A DNA stretch of 64,000 nt, taken from contig NOWV01000022.1 in assembly GCA_003344405.1 (NCBI GenBank), forward strand, positions 1 through 64,000. Reading direction: 5' to 3'. The stretch is from Trichoplax sp. H2. Lineage: Eukaryota. This document shows, one piece after another, positions 41,801 through 55,300 of the stretch. Every line of letters starts with the position of its first letter. The first letter of the stretch is position 1. The position numbers and the translations under genes are program-made. Below the pieces are notes generated by a model. That model was given only the letters and a program-made list of their open reading frames with translations. It made no database searches and was not told the origin of the DNA.

Positions 41801-44800
41801 ATATAAGTATTACAATTCAGGTAATTACATTTACAAATCATTAACAGTAACTGCATCAATAAATCACCGTAGAAAGCTATGTACATTTTAAAATACTTTA
41901 GCTTGCTAATAATAATAATAATATTAATAATAACATAAATACTAAATATAAATACAAATAATAATAAAATAAAAACGATGATAATAATATTTTAGCTTGC
42001 TTCTCGCTCCATTAAACTTAATTTTCAAAAATAATTTCGTTATTTGACTATTGCACTACCATGAATTCAATTAAATTTTAAAATATTTCTCAAAATTTAA
42101 TCAAAAATAGTGATAGTAAACATGTTCACTCGCTATTGCTAATCCGTATGGTTATACTGTTATCTCAAATTATTTTTGCTATACTAATCTATTTAAAATA
42201 TGTACTCCATCATAAGCGTTTAAAGTAATTCTACGCGTGAAATATTCTATAATACAACTCACGTACAATACATCAACATCATTATATTTTTAATACTCTG
42301 CACTATGAATTTAAATCCATTCTAAACTGACTTTCGACGGTCATCAGTAAGCTAGGTTTCACGGAATGATATATGGCATCTATCGGTAAATCCTTTTGTT
42401 GCTAGCCATAAAAAGGAAGAATTGAACGTAAGCTGTTTTGTAATGTTGACGGAATATTATGATGGTACTTTGAAAATCCTAAAATACAGTAGATAATCTT
42501 AGAGACAGAATAGCAACTCTAAATATTGATTTATTTCAATATGACAAATACCTATTATTGCTCACACTTAATAATAGACAAAAATTTATATATGGTCAAA
42601 AAATAATAAAAAATTCGCTCAGTAATAGTGGATGGCATGTAATCGAAAGCATTGTAATTTACTCCCTTTTTTCTTAATCATAATTAACAATAACTCTAAA
42701 GATAACTTCAACAATTCATCATACTTAAGAGCCTTCGTGCAGATGTGCTATCTTGACGAATATTAAAATAAAGAGAGAAAAGAATAGACATGCAAAATCC
42801 AAACAATAAAAGACTACTTCGGTATTCTTTTAACGTCTTGAAAATATAGACGAAATATGCAGTTGGAATTTATTGTTCAAGCTATTTTTACAAACAATTA
42901 AAAGATTATTTCTTAAAAAACATCTGTGACATAACTAACGTAACTAACGTATGAATACCAATCTATACCACTTAAGCTTAATCTACTTGTAAGAGCTAGT
43001 TTTATATTTTAATGTGAATTAATAAATTTAAAATCTATCTCAAGGCCGCTATTACTTATAACCTTTTATATATCTAAATCTTTGGCTATAATAGGAAGGA
43101 TTCAATTTTCTAGGTTGCCATTATATTTTGATATAATATCAATTACATCATTAGCCTATTATCGAAATGTAGAAATTCTAATAGGATAAGATAATAACAA
43201 GAGATTAGATCTTAACTATTATCAGAATTTTAGTAAATATAAACAAAAACAAACTTCTAAAACAGGAATTCAGTTGTATCCTAAGTTGCATAATTGAATC
43301 AACTATACAATTAATTTCACTGATTATATGCTTTGCATTCATTCGTATGTACGCGCAAGAAATAAGTAATATCATAAAAAATTTGAGGTTATACGCTTAG
43401 AAATAGTAATAATGATGAATTTTAGGGGATAAAGAATACTTAATTAAAGTTTAATTTAAAGTTCTCAAACTATAGACTCACCAACATTCGGATGTGTCTA
43501 TCAAGCCGTTAGTATATCATATTTATAATAGTATTTTGCTCTTAATCAGTTTACCGCATCAAACGGTCCATATATTGTACTATGTTAATCTATCCTACAC
43601 ATACCGTAGATAGTCTATGAAAAAGGAAAGCTCTGTTTTATCCTATCATCAAATTTAATTTATCATGCACACTTTTCAATAACCTATATGAGCACAATGA
43701 TAAGTATTTATAAGATGATGAATAAGGATTGATTTAGTAATCTAGAAATATCGCATCTGTGGGACGATAATTACTTTTTAGATGTATTAAAACTACTATG
43801 GAAGATTAAAGCGCTAATCACTAACCTTTGCTATTATGGATCAATTATCTTTATCAGAATGACAAATTGATATCCCATACGTTTTCTTTGGCGTCAAACA
43901 ATCTGTAACATTGAAGATAAATTCTATCCATTTCGTTAACTTTATTGACCAATCTATTTATTTATATCATTCATTATTACACTGTATTATCAGAAAATTT
44001 GCGAATGAACATATATAACATATTTATGTCTATACAACAATATATACTTATTCGATGTGCTAATTCAGCATGCTGTGTATACAATAAAAAATTATTTTAT
44101 CAACGTAATACTTATAACATTCAATATAATATAAACTAAGTAAGTTAAAGTAAAAAGAAGGAATGACGATCATTTATAATAATAGAATTGTAGGGAAGTG
44201 ACGTTAAGTCATATTGACGCAGATACTAAGTTGTACTGATGTCTAATAAATTGGTGAGTACATGATGATACGGTCAACTGTAATAGGTCGAGCTATTACA
44301 AGAACATAATAAAAATTAATATTAGAGTAATGATCGTACTGTACCTTTATTCAATTTTTCATTAATTTCATTGATTTATGCTTGCTAAGAACTAATCAGT
44401 GGGTTTTAATATTATTGTTAAAATAAAATTGTCCTGGTAAAATGAATCATTCCTCGTCTAAAATTTAAAACATCTGCTATCATTCCTATCTAAGTATTTA
44501 TAAAATTTTCTTTTAGTGTTTTTCAAAACAATTGCGATAAGATCTTAATTTTCTTCTTCCGTATCGTTATTATGCAGTAGTAAATGCTTGAATAGCATCC
44601 TAATTCATCCATTGCATACTGGTACTATGAATACGATGGAATGATCCGCTCTAAATAGTTTTCACCTAAATAAGTTGCCAGCTTTTATTCCAGATTTACA
44701 AAAGTCATAGATTGTTAAGAGAAAAAATAAAGACGTTATCATCTTACTCTTTTTTTATTATTCGATTAATCTTTGTAGACATTCCATTAACTTCGAATCA

Positions 44801-47800
44801 TCAGTAAATAAATTATCATAATTTTTATTACCTTTTCTAATCAACTTTTCGTAGTATTTTAGACACTAAACTATCAATAAAATATAAATATTGATAGCAA
44901 TAAAGCTATCAGTTTGAAAGATTTCCCATTCATGCTGTTATCAGTAATTATTTGAATAAAAGAACATCAATTTTACAACCTAATCTATCCGATATTGAAA
45001 TTATCTGAAATGAGATTCTTTAATAGAAGGGAAAGAATTCTTTTCATCAGATAGTAATCGAAAGTGAAATGTAAATTAATAAATCCCAAACTTAATTTAT
45101 AACCTGACGTGATTTACATTAAATTCTTGGTTATGTTATTACGACACATACCGTCTCTATTTGTATCATGTCCTAATTACGATGAAGAATAGGAATAAGA
45201 AAAAAGTAAATATATTTTTATATTTACAGGGCTTTACGAGTTAAAACCTTTTTACCAAGATATTTGTACTACTTTTTATCTATCATTTCCAAACAATAGC
45301 TGTATTGATTTATTGCAGCTGTTATCGGTAGTTATAGAAAGAAAACAATGTTATCAATTAAGAAGTGAGTCAGAGGAAGTCCCATACATTATCCTGTTCT
45401 AGATAAAAGCAATACCTTTCTATCAACTTTGAATTATCATAGATAAGCACCTGTCGATTAAAAAAATAGGTAATCCATTGATAATTTAATTACAATAGCA
45501 AAAAGGATTCCAAAATTTCTCTGATCTTGTATTTAACTCAAAATTATAGGATAATAAACTATAATATAAGCAACTGAAATACCAAAACCAGCAAAACACT
45601 ATCAAAAGAAAGTACATATATAAGCCAATCATAGTGTAAAATATTGTAGTCTAATTCAATGGTTACTTGAATGAAACCTTCTTTTCATATTCCTTATTTT
45701 TTCATTAATCCCAACATGTGAAAGACAATTATTTTTTAAGTTTATATTTTGTATAGAATTAACAGATCAATATCATGTTTGTTTATCGTGTCTATCCTCG
45801 TATAAACAAATTGGATAGACTAACACATTATCATAATTCCATAATTACTTTAAACAATATTATTACTGCCGAAACAACATTGCAACTGTTTAAATTTAAT
45901 TTTCCGCTTGAATGAATGTAATTCGTAATAGCAACATAAGTGCTACCTCGGTTTTGGTATACTGCAGATGTATGTTAATAAAGTTGAATCCAACCGATAT
46001 TTTACCTCTATCAAAATCGAGGACTCATTTCTTAATTTAAAGGCGCTTTCAAACTTACGCTTTTCAATAGGTTCTTGCATTTTCGACAATAGATATTAGA
46101 TAATATGAAGTATGCTGACATCAAAGACTTATTGTCTACATATCCATTAGATTTATATTCAGTAATTATAGGATCGATAGCCACAATACGAATAGAAAAA
46201 TATATTTTACTAAAGACCACTTTTCATCCAAAAAAAATGTAAAATTAAATACCCTTGCCACTTTTTTACGGTACTCAGTTTAAATATGATCGAAGCGACT
46301 ACATTCTAAATAAGACTATTTTATCAAGATAAATAGATTAGATAGCTACTATTGCGAATATTGTCCAACAATGCTGAATATCGTATCGCAACTGCATTAT
46401 ATATCATTATCAAGAAGTAAACAATAATCTTTGCTGATGAAGATATAATATGATATAATCTATCATAATTAGATCATTAAATTAGGTTGGAACAGATGAT
46501 ATTACATTAAAAACCGTGCTATAGCATAAAGCGAAATTTATCTACTATCCAATAAATATCATTTTTCACGCGGTGAGAATTTATATTGTATTTTAGAGAA
46601 GATAGAACACCTTAGATTGTCCTATCTTATTTGGGATTGAGTCTATTCTATACCCTCATTTTCTTTGATATTAATATTTTTAACGGCTGATAAGCTAGAA
46701 ATAAATAATTTAAATGACGTAAGTTATTCTATGATAAAAACATTTACTTTAGGTAATCAATGGTTTAGCAGTATTCTCCAGATTATTTGGAATGAATAAG
46801 TCTCGTAATGCAAATTTTTTCAATTGCTCCTCTTATTGTAAATCATATTTTTTTCTTTTTGTATTTTTATGCAGATTTCTACCATTACATAAGGTTCAAT
46901 GGCAATATATAACCATGCATCTCCTATAGTACTTCTGATACTAGCAGTAGAGTGAATAATGAATTTTTATCCAGTTATCAATAGTATGAATAGATTCCGA
47001 CGATAAACCAGCTCAAAGTGTCGTGCAACCTGTCTTTACATGATGTTCTTTCAAGTATTCAACTTTTTTTATTTTTATTTTCTTTATAGATACAGTAGCT
47101 GTTAGTTAAAGATAATATGAAGATAAATAAATCAATAGCTATTGTGTTTTTAAGGTTTTTAGTTTTCTTTCTCTCAATGAATCTTCTACTCTTTCCAACT
47201 GCCTGATATGGTGAAGAATTTAGAACGGTATTGAAGCCCATCATTGGAGATCAATATACGCGTGTAACACCAATACGATTTTGCATTTTAATGAGTTGAT
47301 ATAATCAATATAATCATTAATGAGTGATTCTATTACATAGGTGTTCATTTGCAATCATGTTCTACGTAACAATAGCATTCTTAATCGAAGTTAGCTTTTA
47401 TTCTACGTTGATATCGTCCATATGATATGATAGAGAATAGAAGAGTGTAGAAATGTAGTTAGATAGCCTTTAATATCGTGAACTACCTAAATACTATTGT
47501 AAATTATTGACAATAACCATCATCCTCATAATAATGATGATGATAGCGTAGATAAGTTGTACGAATAATATTGATTGTTGTTACAGATAAGACTGGCAAA
47601 TAGATTAGATAACATGTGCAGATATATCAAGATAATGCAATTACTCAAAGTATTCAAGCGTTAAGTGGCTGTAATATCATGTTGATAGCAAGTCTCTACT
47701 TGTTATCGCTGACAGGGCGAGTTTTTCTAAGTAGGAATAATATAAAATGAAGTAGAGTAAGATGATCATTACGCTATTAATTTTTTTTCAAAATACAATA

Positions 47801-50257
47801 AGTTGTTCTATAATTAATTAATAGTTATGTCAATACTGGTAAAGTTCACTTGATCTCAATATTTTACCTCAGACAGAGACAGACGCTCGAGCAAATAAGA
47901 AAATAATCAAATGTGCTAACCCTTTATTATCTATTGATATCAAGGATTAGCATGACAATTTCCATCAAATTAACTACCATTGAATTAAACAACGTCACCG
48001 CCTATTCAGACTATTGAAAAAGCGATTGTTATATTGACGTTAGCATTGATTCTACCGGACTAGCAAGACAATTCACCAATCAACATCTTATGTTATAATT
48101 AGCAGCCAAGTCGATTAACAATCATTTAAAAGCTTGAACGATTTAATTAAATTGTATCTGTGTTTATACTACAGACAACGATTGACAATATTCTAGGCAA
48201 CATTAAATCTAATTGCATCCAGTTGGACCTGCAACAGTTTGATGTAATCTGTCCTCATCTTATCTTGTCAACTTGATCCTTCCTTGAATCCATAGAAGCA
48301 TATCTGTTTTCTCTTTAATGCTTAAAATATAGGTAATCAGATTTTTTCTTAAGTGGCAATCATTATTTTAAACTATTATTACTGATTTGGCGTAAAATCA
48401 TTTTTTTCGTATTATTGCATTATTTATTATAGATCTAATTGCAACCCATCACGACAATCTAAGCTAATCTTTATCAATACATCAAGCTTAATTCCTTCAG
48501 GTAATTTAAAAGAGAAATTGAAAACTTAATTTTTTCTCTATGTATATTCTTTCTTTACGATTAATGAACTTGAGAATGATATTTTTACAATTTTTCGTCT
48601 TTATCTGTAATCACCTTTCATCTCAATCTTCAACTATACAGTTGTAGAAATCACTGCCTCTCTTGATTTCCTTTATAATCTTGACCAGATTTAGTATCAA
48701 CTACATCGATCGTATTGATACTATTACATCTTTATAACCCCCTAAATCTAATCTCTATTGTCTGCCTCCAAGTTTTTCTAACTCTTTATGATTCTATTGC
48801 CAGTTATCTAGCACACTATAAATATTTATATGCTATTCGATTTATAACGCTATTAAGTTAAAATTTTATTTAAAAAAGTGGCTAAATTTCTATTGGCGTG
48901 CGTTGGTGTTATTTACTCCCATTTCTATCAGTACCATGTAGACATTGAAATACCAATTGGAATTGCCTTATAAAATAATTATAATTGTCCTAACATTAAA
49001 TCAGTTAATTGATCATTCCATTTCTCGACATCCTTTTATCCTATTCCAAGGTGTTTTTAACATTTGCATATGATCATCCACGATAAAATAATGAATAATA
49101 GAAAAATAGTAATCAAAATTAGCTTGTAAATCAACTCCTACACGATACACTTTATCTTGCTAATCAGAATATTTTCGGCGCAGACTATAAATAGCTAGCT
49201 TAGCAAGAAAATAATCTGATCTCAGGTATCAACTCGTTTTATTATCGAGAAAAAAATACAGTTCTTGCAAACTAAAAATGTTGAAATATTATAGAATTAT
49301 AGATATTATTATTAACTATAATAGATTTAACGAAAACTTAATCTTGAAGTACTTAAATTAATGAAGAACTATCGATACTTATAGATTACGTATAATTAAA
49401 GTATTGACCACAAAATCAAGTGCAGTACTTTCTTGTGAGGGGTCACACAAGCTTTAAGAATTTCCAAGTATATTATTTATTATAGTTATGGTAACAAAGA
49501 TATATGTTACCATTCTATTAATGATTTCGATCATGCAATGAATCGTATTTTCTGTATATTACCTAAAGTTATATCTAGGAAGAAAGAAATTTATGACAGT
49601 GTTGCTGTTAAATCTACTAGTTATAAAAAATCTAATCGTACACAATTTGAAAGTTAAGCTAAAGCAATATTAGCTTATTAGTAGAATCTTTTACCAAGGT
49701 ATTTAGTCTTAAATTCTTCTTCTTTGTACCAATTAGCTGTACATTATAAAGCTGAAAAAGCTCTTACTGCGTTAAATGATATCATTAATAAATTTCCTTT
49801 TCTAAATACACTCATCATCTAATAACTAAAAATAATAAATTAAATCAACATGGGAATATCTTATCATATTTGAATTCTTTCTTGATAGGTAAAATATTAC
49901 ATTTTTATCCCCTTTTATTACCTCTAAACCTTTATCGAGTTATTCTATATGCAAAATGAATCATAATTTAATTCAATTCACAACATCTGCCATCATTGCG
50001 ATCATATCTATCAATGACTTCTTTTATTTTATTCATTTTATGACTATCTAATGGTCACAGTAGTCTTCTGTGCTTGATTGATTCTTGTACCAACTGGTTC
50101 GATGTCCAAGCTAGTGAGACATATAATACAGAAAAGTGAAGTTTTTATCTCAGTGTCTTTGATATTAAACACAATTTATACGATCTTAAATAAAATAATG
50201 CGATCAGCTAAGACCATTATTTACAATCATTACCATGCGAAAAAATAGAGTAAGGTC

Positions 50258-51150
50258 CATTTATTTTGTTGCCATGATGTTAATTTTTAATTCAAGGATA
50301 AGTCAAAGCCCTATTTGATTTTCATTATAACCATGTTAACTTGTTTTATACTTGCCTAATTCAAATGATATGTTGGTTTACTCATTTCCCTTTACTTATC
50401 ACTATTAAATAACTTGATCATACAAAAATGCCTTTTAATATCGTTAATAAATTCTCCACTGGGAATCATTCATTTTATTGCCATGATATTAATTCTTCAG
50501 CGCATGAATAAATTAAAGCAGTAGCTAATTTTCGTTACTAGTCCATTTAACCTATGTAATATATAAAAATATATGTTTTATCCATATGACATGCTTATTT
50601 TCCTTCCAACAACGCTATCAAAATATACAATTACGTTAAAAATCTTCTTTTATCATCGATTTGTCATTAAATAAATTATACAGCAAGTTGGCTCATTTTT
50701 GTTACACTGATATTAATTCTAAACGTATAAATAGCTCAATATGTTATTTAATCTCCATTACATTACTTGTTGATTTATTTCACACGTATTCAATTTCCAT
50801 AGCACTATATGTCAATACTTCTATTAGCAATTATTATCCCCTTTTATTTAGACCTACCCACTTACTTCTGCCCAGATTGGAAAAAAATTGATTAAGCAAG
50901 TCAATTTTGTGCTACCATGTTAGGGTCCACTTTCCGTTATATATTTCCTTTAGAGCTAAGCCATATACTTATAGTAATATCGCCAACACATTCAACATGA
51001 CTAAATGTGATAAAAAATGATCCTTGGATTGCTTGCTATTATCATAACATGTTAATTTGGAAAATCTATTAATCACTAGCCGCATAATAACTTTTACTAA
51101 AATTTTACTTTAGGTTATTTTATTATTTCATGCTGTACATGAGTATACAA
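50258..51150. repeat. Degenerate tandem repeat, period about 210-220 bp
   Basis: Recurring motif catttattttgttgccatgatgttaatt (50258), cattcattttattgccatgatattaatt (50467), gctcatttttgttacactgatattaatt (~50691), with weaker copies at ~50898 and ~51113. Confidence 0.55.
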
Positions 51151-51366
51151 TATTCTCAACCTGTTTAGTAAACACACACGTATGTAGATATTCCTATAGT
51201 TTGAGGATTATTTGTTAATTCCATGTTAAAAGTGACACTATCCTCCGCCCTTAAAGAAATTATTTCTGACTCTCTTCCTATCTATCTGTCTTCATAATAT
51301 AGATAGAATTCAATCAATTAATTAACGTAGACATAGACCACATAGAATAGGCAGAGAAGCGATAGA

Positions 51367-51415
51367 TGACGTCTTCTATGACATTCAAAAAAGACATTGA
51401 GTTATTATATAAAAG
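51367..51415 (+). promoter_or_regulatory. Candidate TFAP2 core promoter (CRE-like TGACGTC plus TATATAAAAG)
   Basis: TGACGTC at 51367-51373 and TATATAAAAG at 51406-51415. An acceptor-like ttatctag|G near 52243, upstream of the ATG, implies a non-coding first exon. Motif evidence only. Confidence 0.3.
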
Positions 51416-52362
51416 CATGAAGAAAAATCAACTCCGATTTTTTTTTGTCTTTAAGTTGCATCCATTCTTTTATACTGTATATTAGAAACTTTGCTTCATT
51501 TTAATCAATGACTCTGATAGTTGTATTCGTATTAAAACAACTTATATTTAATATTCAATAATTAAAACACCTTTGTTGTCTGTTGTTGAACAATCTTGAT
51601 TCCATTGTAATGTTATCGTCATATGACTACAAGAAATGATCTTGATGTCATTGGCATCATTGATGATTTTGCAAGTTATATTCATCAATTCAATTTGATA
51701 AATTAACCCTATTACACAAGTTTTATACATTCCATTATAATGTTAATATTAGTTAGAAGTCTTTATTCACTGCTTATTTTATATTATTAAACTACTTGAT
51801 CGACGTATAGTTCAACAAATTATTCCTTTACCCAATCAACATATCCTACCCATTTATTTGTTGAGTTACGCGTAGGAAGAAGATTTAATCTGCAATTAAA
51901 CCCTAATCGCTATGGATGCACGATAGAAAGAAATTCGTTCGTGGTCTTGTATATAATTTAATAAGAGCTATTACATCTTGGTGATTTCTAGTTAAAAATT
52001 GATTCCTCTAAAAAAATCTCTACTGCTATTTTTTACCCGTAAGTTTCTATAGCAGAAATAGATAATCTTTTCTGCTAGCAATCTTATAGGTGTCTTTGAT
52101 AGTAACGACTAGATGATTACTACAGCAATAGCCTACTAATCGTTAAGTAATGGCTACCTATTCATCCAGATACTTACTACTTGACCGATGTTGATAAAGG
52201 CAATCTTACAATTTTTCTGTTTTGGGATTATTTCATTATCTAGGTAGAAATTAAAGCGATAGATTGAAGCGGAAAGAAAAGCTAATCAAGTAAATTACCT
52301 AAACTTCAACTAGAATCAAGAGTCGTCAAGATTAACTAATCTTCGGGTTCAAATTAATTTCT

Positions 52363-55300
52363 ATGGAAATTCATGAATATAATCAACCTTCATCTATCGA
52401 TCTTGCTAGTAAAATGAATCATTTCAATCCAGAATTTAACAGTAAAAGCCGAGATCAAACTAACTTGGAAACCACAGCAACAATCCATTTTCGTCAACCA
52501 ATTCATTTACGTGGTGGTAATATTCAAGCCCAAAATCAAGATCAATGCCAAACATTTATTTCTCAAGGACCACCGCCGCCACCACCGTATACCGGTAGAA
52601 TGGATCCTAATCAACCTAGCATCATGACAAGTCTACTTCCTCATCCATTAGGCGATGAACAACAATTTGGTACGTCGGTTGGGCGACATTATTCTATCCC
52701 TTTACAACATCAAGATCCGCGTCATCGCCAAGTTTTGCCTCATGATCGTCAAGAATTAGGTAACCACTTCGGTCAAATGGATGCCACTTTTCCACCCAAT
52801 GTCCACCATGGGATGGTGGATTCAAACGCCGGCAACAGTATTTATGCACCTCCACCGCAATTACGGCCCGGTGTTGGCACTAATGAAATATTAAATGTAA
52901 CGGCACTTATTTACCCGAACCGCGATGATCAACAGGTATGTGAAAAAAAAATGGCGTGCTACTGCTATTTTATCGTGTGGATAGTACTGTACTGAGTAAA
53001 TAATTACGATATTAGAATCTGCTAAAGACATAATCATGCCACCTTGTACACTAACATCACAAAATCGACGCGAAAAACCTCGAACAGATTTGATCAATCA
53101 TGTGTATTTTTTTCATATTTTGATATATTTAAAAATTCACACCAATAGCTATCATAATAAATTACCTTCGCTTTCCACGGATCGATAGGTAGTACACGTA
53201 ATACGCGTCTAAATCATCTCGTCAATTAGACTAGAATATAAATTTTAATGAGCAGGAGCCAACTATTCATATGATAGACTAGAAAATTCAATTTTCGATC
53301 CATTGAGGTGGTGGTTGATTGCGAGCTTTTGGCACCATAGTAAATATTTTATCTCTATAAGATCAGAAGAATCACAGTTTGTGTTGATTAAACACTGTCA
53401 ATAGTCGAGATAAAGTTTAAAGTCAATTGCCTCAGGGGAACACTTACTTTACACATATGTTCGAGGATAAATATTTTTTCTTCGTAAGATTAAGTAAAAC
53501 GCGGCTAATTTTCCCTTCAGGTTATGTTTATTTTATTCATACTAAGAAGTTTTGACAAGAATAATTTTAGCGTTTTCTATTTTTCATTTTTTTTATCCAT
53601 TGGGGGTGGTTTATGTTATCCTGAAGATTTATTTCATTTTTTACAACCTTCGCCATGATGCTTAGAGGAGTATACTACGCCCTCCTACTGATTGACGTAG
53701 ACATTAAAAAATGACTGAAGACTTTTATAGTAATGTGCATATGTTTTATTTAAGCCCTCGTATTATCACAAGATTGCCATTTTTGACGTAGCTTTTTAGA
53801 TTTCCAAGGATGGTCAATCCTACGACGACGAGCTCTTTTTATGCTATTTTAAGTTTATATAATATCTCTAGTTGATCTAGTAGAAAAGGATTGCAGCCGG
53901 AAAAGTTCGACGATATACCGTCGCCCATGTTTTAGTATTATACCTTACACAGTAATTGGGTACCGTACGTATACTGACAGCTGAATGTTATTCCACAATT
54001 AAAATAAACTGTTGCGAAAGTAGATTTGCATCACTATAGAGGTAAGATATTATGGCTGTGTTAGATATATAATGACGATACTGTTTGTAGATAAGCTATA
54101 ACAGCAATAACTCGCCTTTATATGGCATTATCGATGCTAACGAAAACGGTAATAGGTTGGGTAGGACTAAAAACTTTAGCAACAAATGCGGCAACGTTAA
54201 ATACACCCCTTACAAAAATGATCTAACTACTGTGGTAAACTTAACCTAGAGTTTAATTTAAGTAGAGTTCCATCATTAATTAGAATATGAGATAGTAATT
54301 TTGAGATAACTCAGAATTATTAGATTATATCTGATTTAAAGGCAGCTTCATTCTCAAAACTGATGTTTTCACGTTGTTAGACTAACTCAAAAAAGTGGGA
54401 TGGCAGTTCTGTTAGCATTCTACACAATGTAAATATGTTATAATGTTTTGTGTAAATCAGTCATACATTCTTCGCTCTTCTTTTCTCTAGACTTTTTTTG
54501 TCTCAATAATTAATTTATCTTAATGCTTCATTATTGGTTGATTACTTGTCCTACTTGTATACATAACCTAAACTAAGTTAAATATTATATTGATGGCGCT
54601 AGTTGTTCACACATGATTTAAGGAGATCTTGATAAACTGTGAGACACAACGGCGAGACATTGTCATGTTTATCTATAACCGTCCGAATGATCGATTTACT
54701 TACCGCTATATTGTACCTATATCCATCTAACTGGATTCTGTGACAATTGAGAATAATACTATATTACGTACGGTAATATCTATTATTTTACCCTGAGTGA
54801 TTCTACGGATGTTGGTTTGCCTTACATAATTTTTGTAATAAAAATCTCAGTTAAATATAACTAAAGTCAGTAATAGTCAATTGCAAAATTTTACCCATGC
54901 TAATACTACATTTTGTCTAGCATTTATTATCATATGACCAGCAATTTTAGGGAGGGGTAAAGTTGTCGCCATGTTTCCTTAATCAACCATCAAATATGCA
55001 TGATAAGGATAGCTACCACATAGTATTCCACCGATTAGGATCTATTTATCTATATCAAGAGTACATCTGTGCTTTCGAAGCTATTTAATTAACTGATATA
55101 GATTGCTAATTAAGGGCATCCATGTCAATCAAGTTTCATAATAATTTCTTTGACACAAAAATCGCAAATGAACCCTCTATACTATGAATTTCAGTAATGA
55201 TATAATACAGTGCTGCAATGAAGGATAAAAAATTGCAACTAACCGATGCGGTAGCATTTTCCATACGACATTATCGACGTAAGATATCGGTTAGCTTAAT

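Noticed and set aside
42327..42347. Minus-strand CTGATGA...GAAA resembling a minimal hammerhead
   Set aside because: Stem II cannot pair (CCGTC) and no stems I or III were found.
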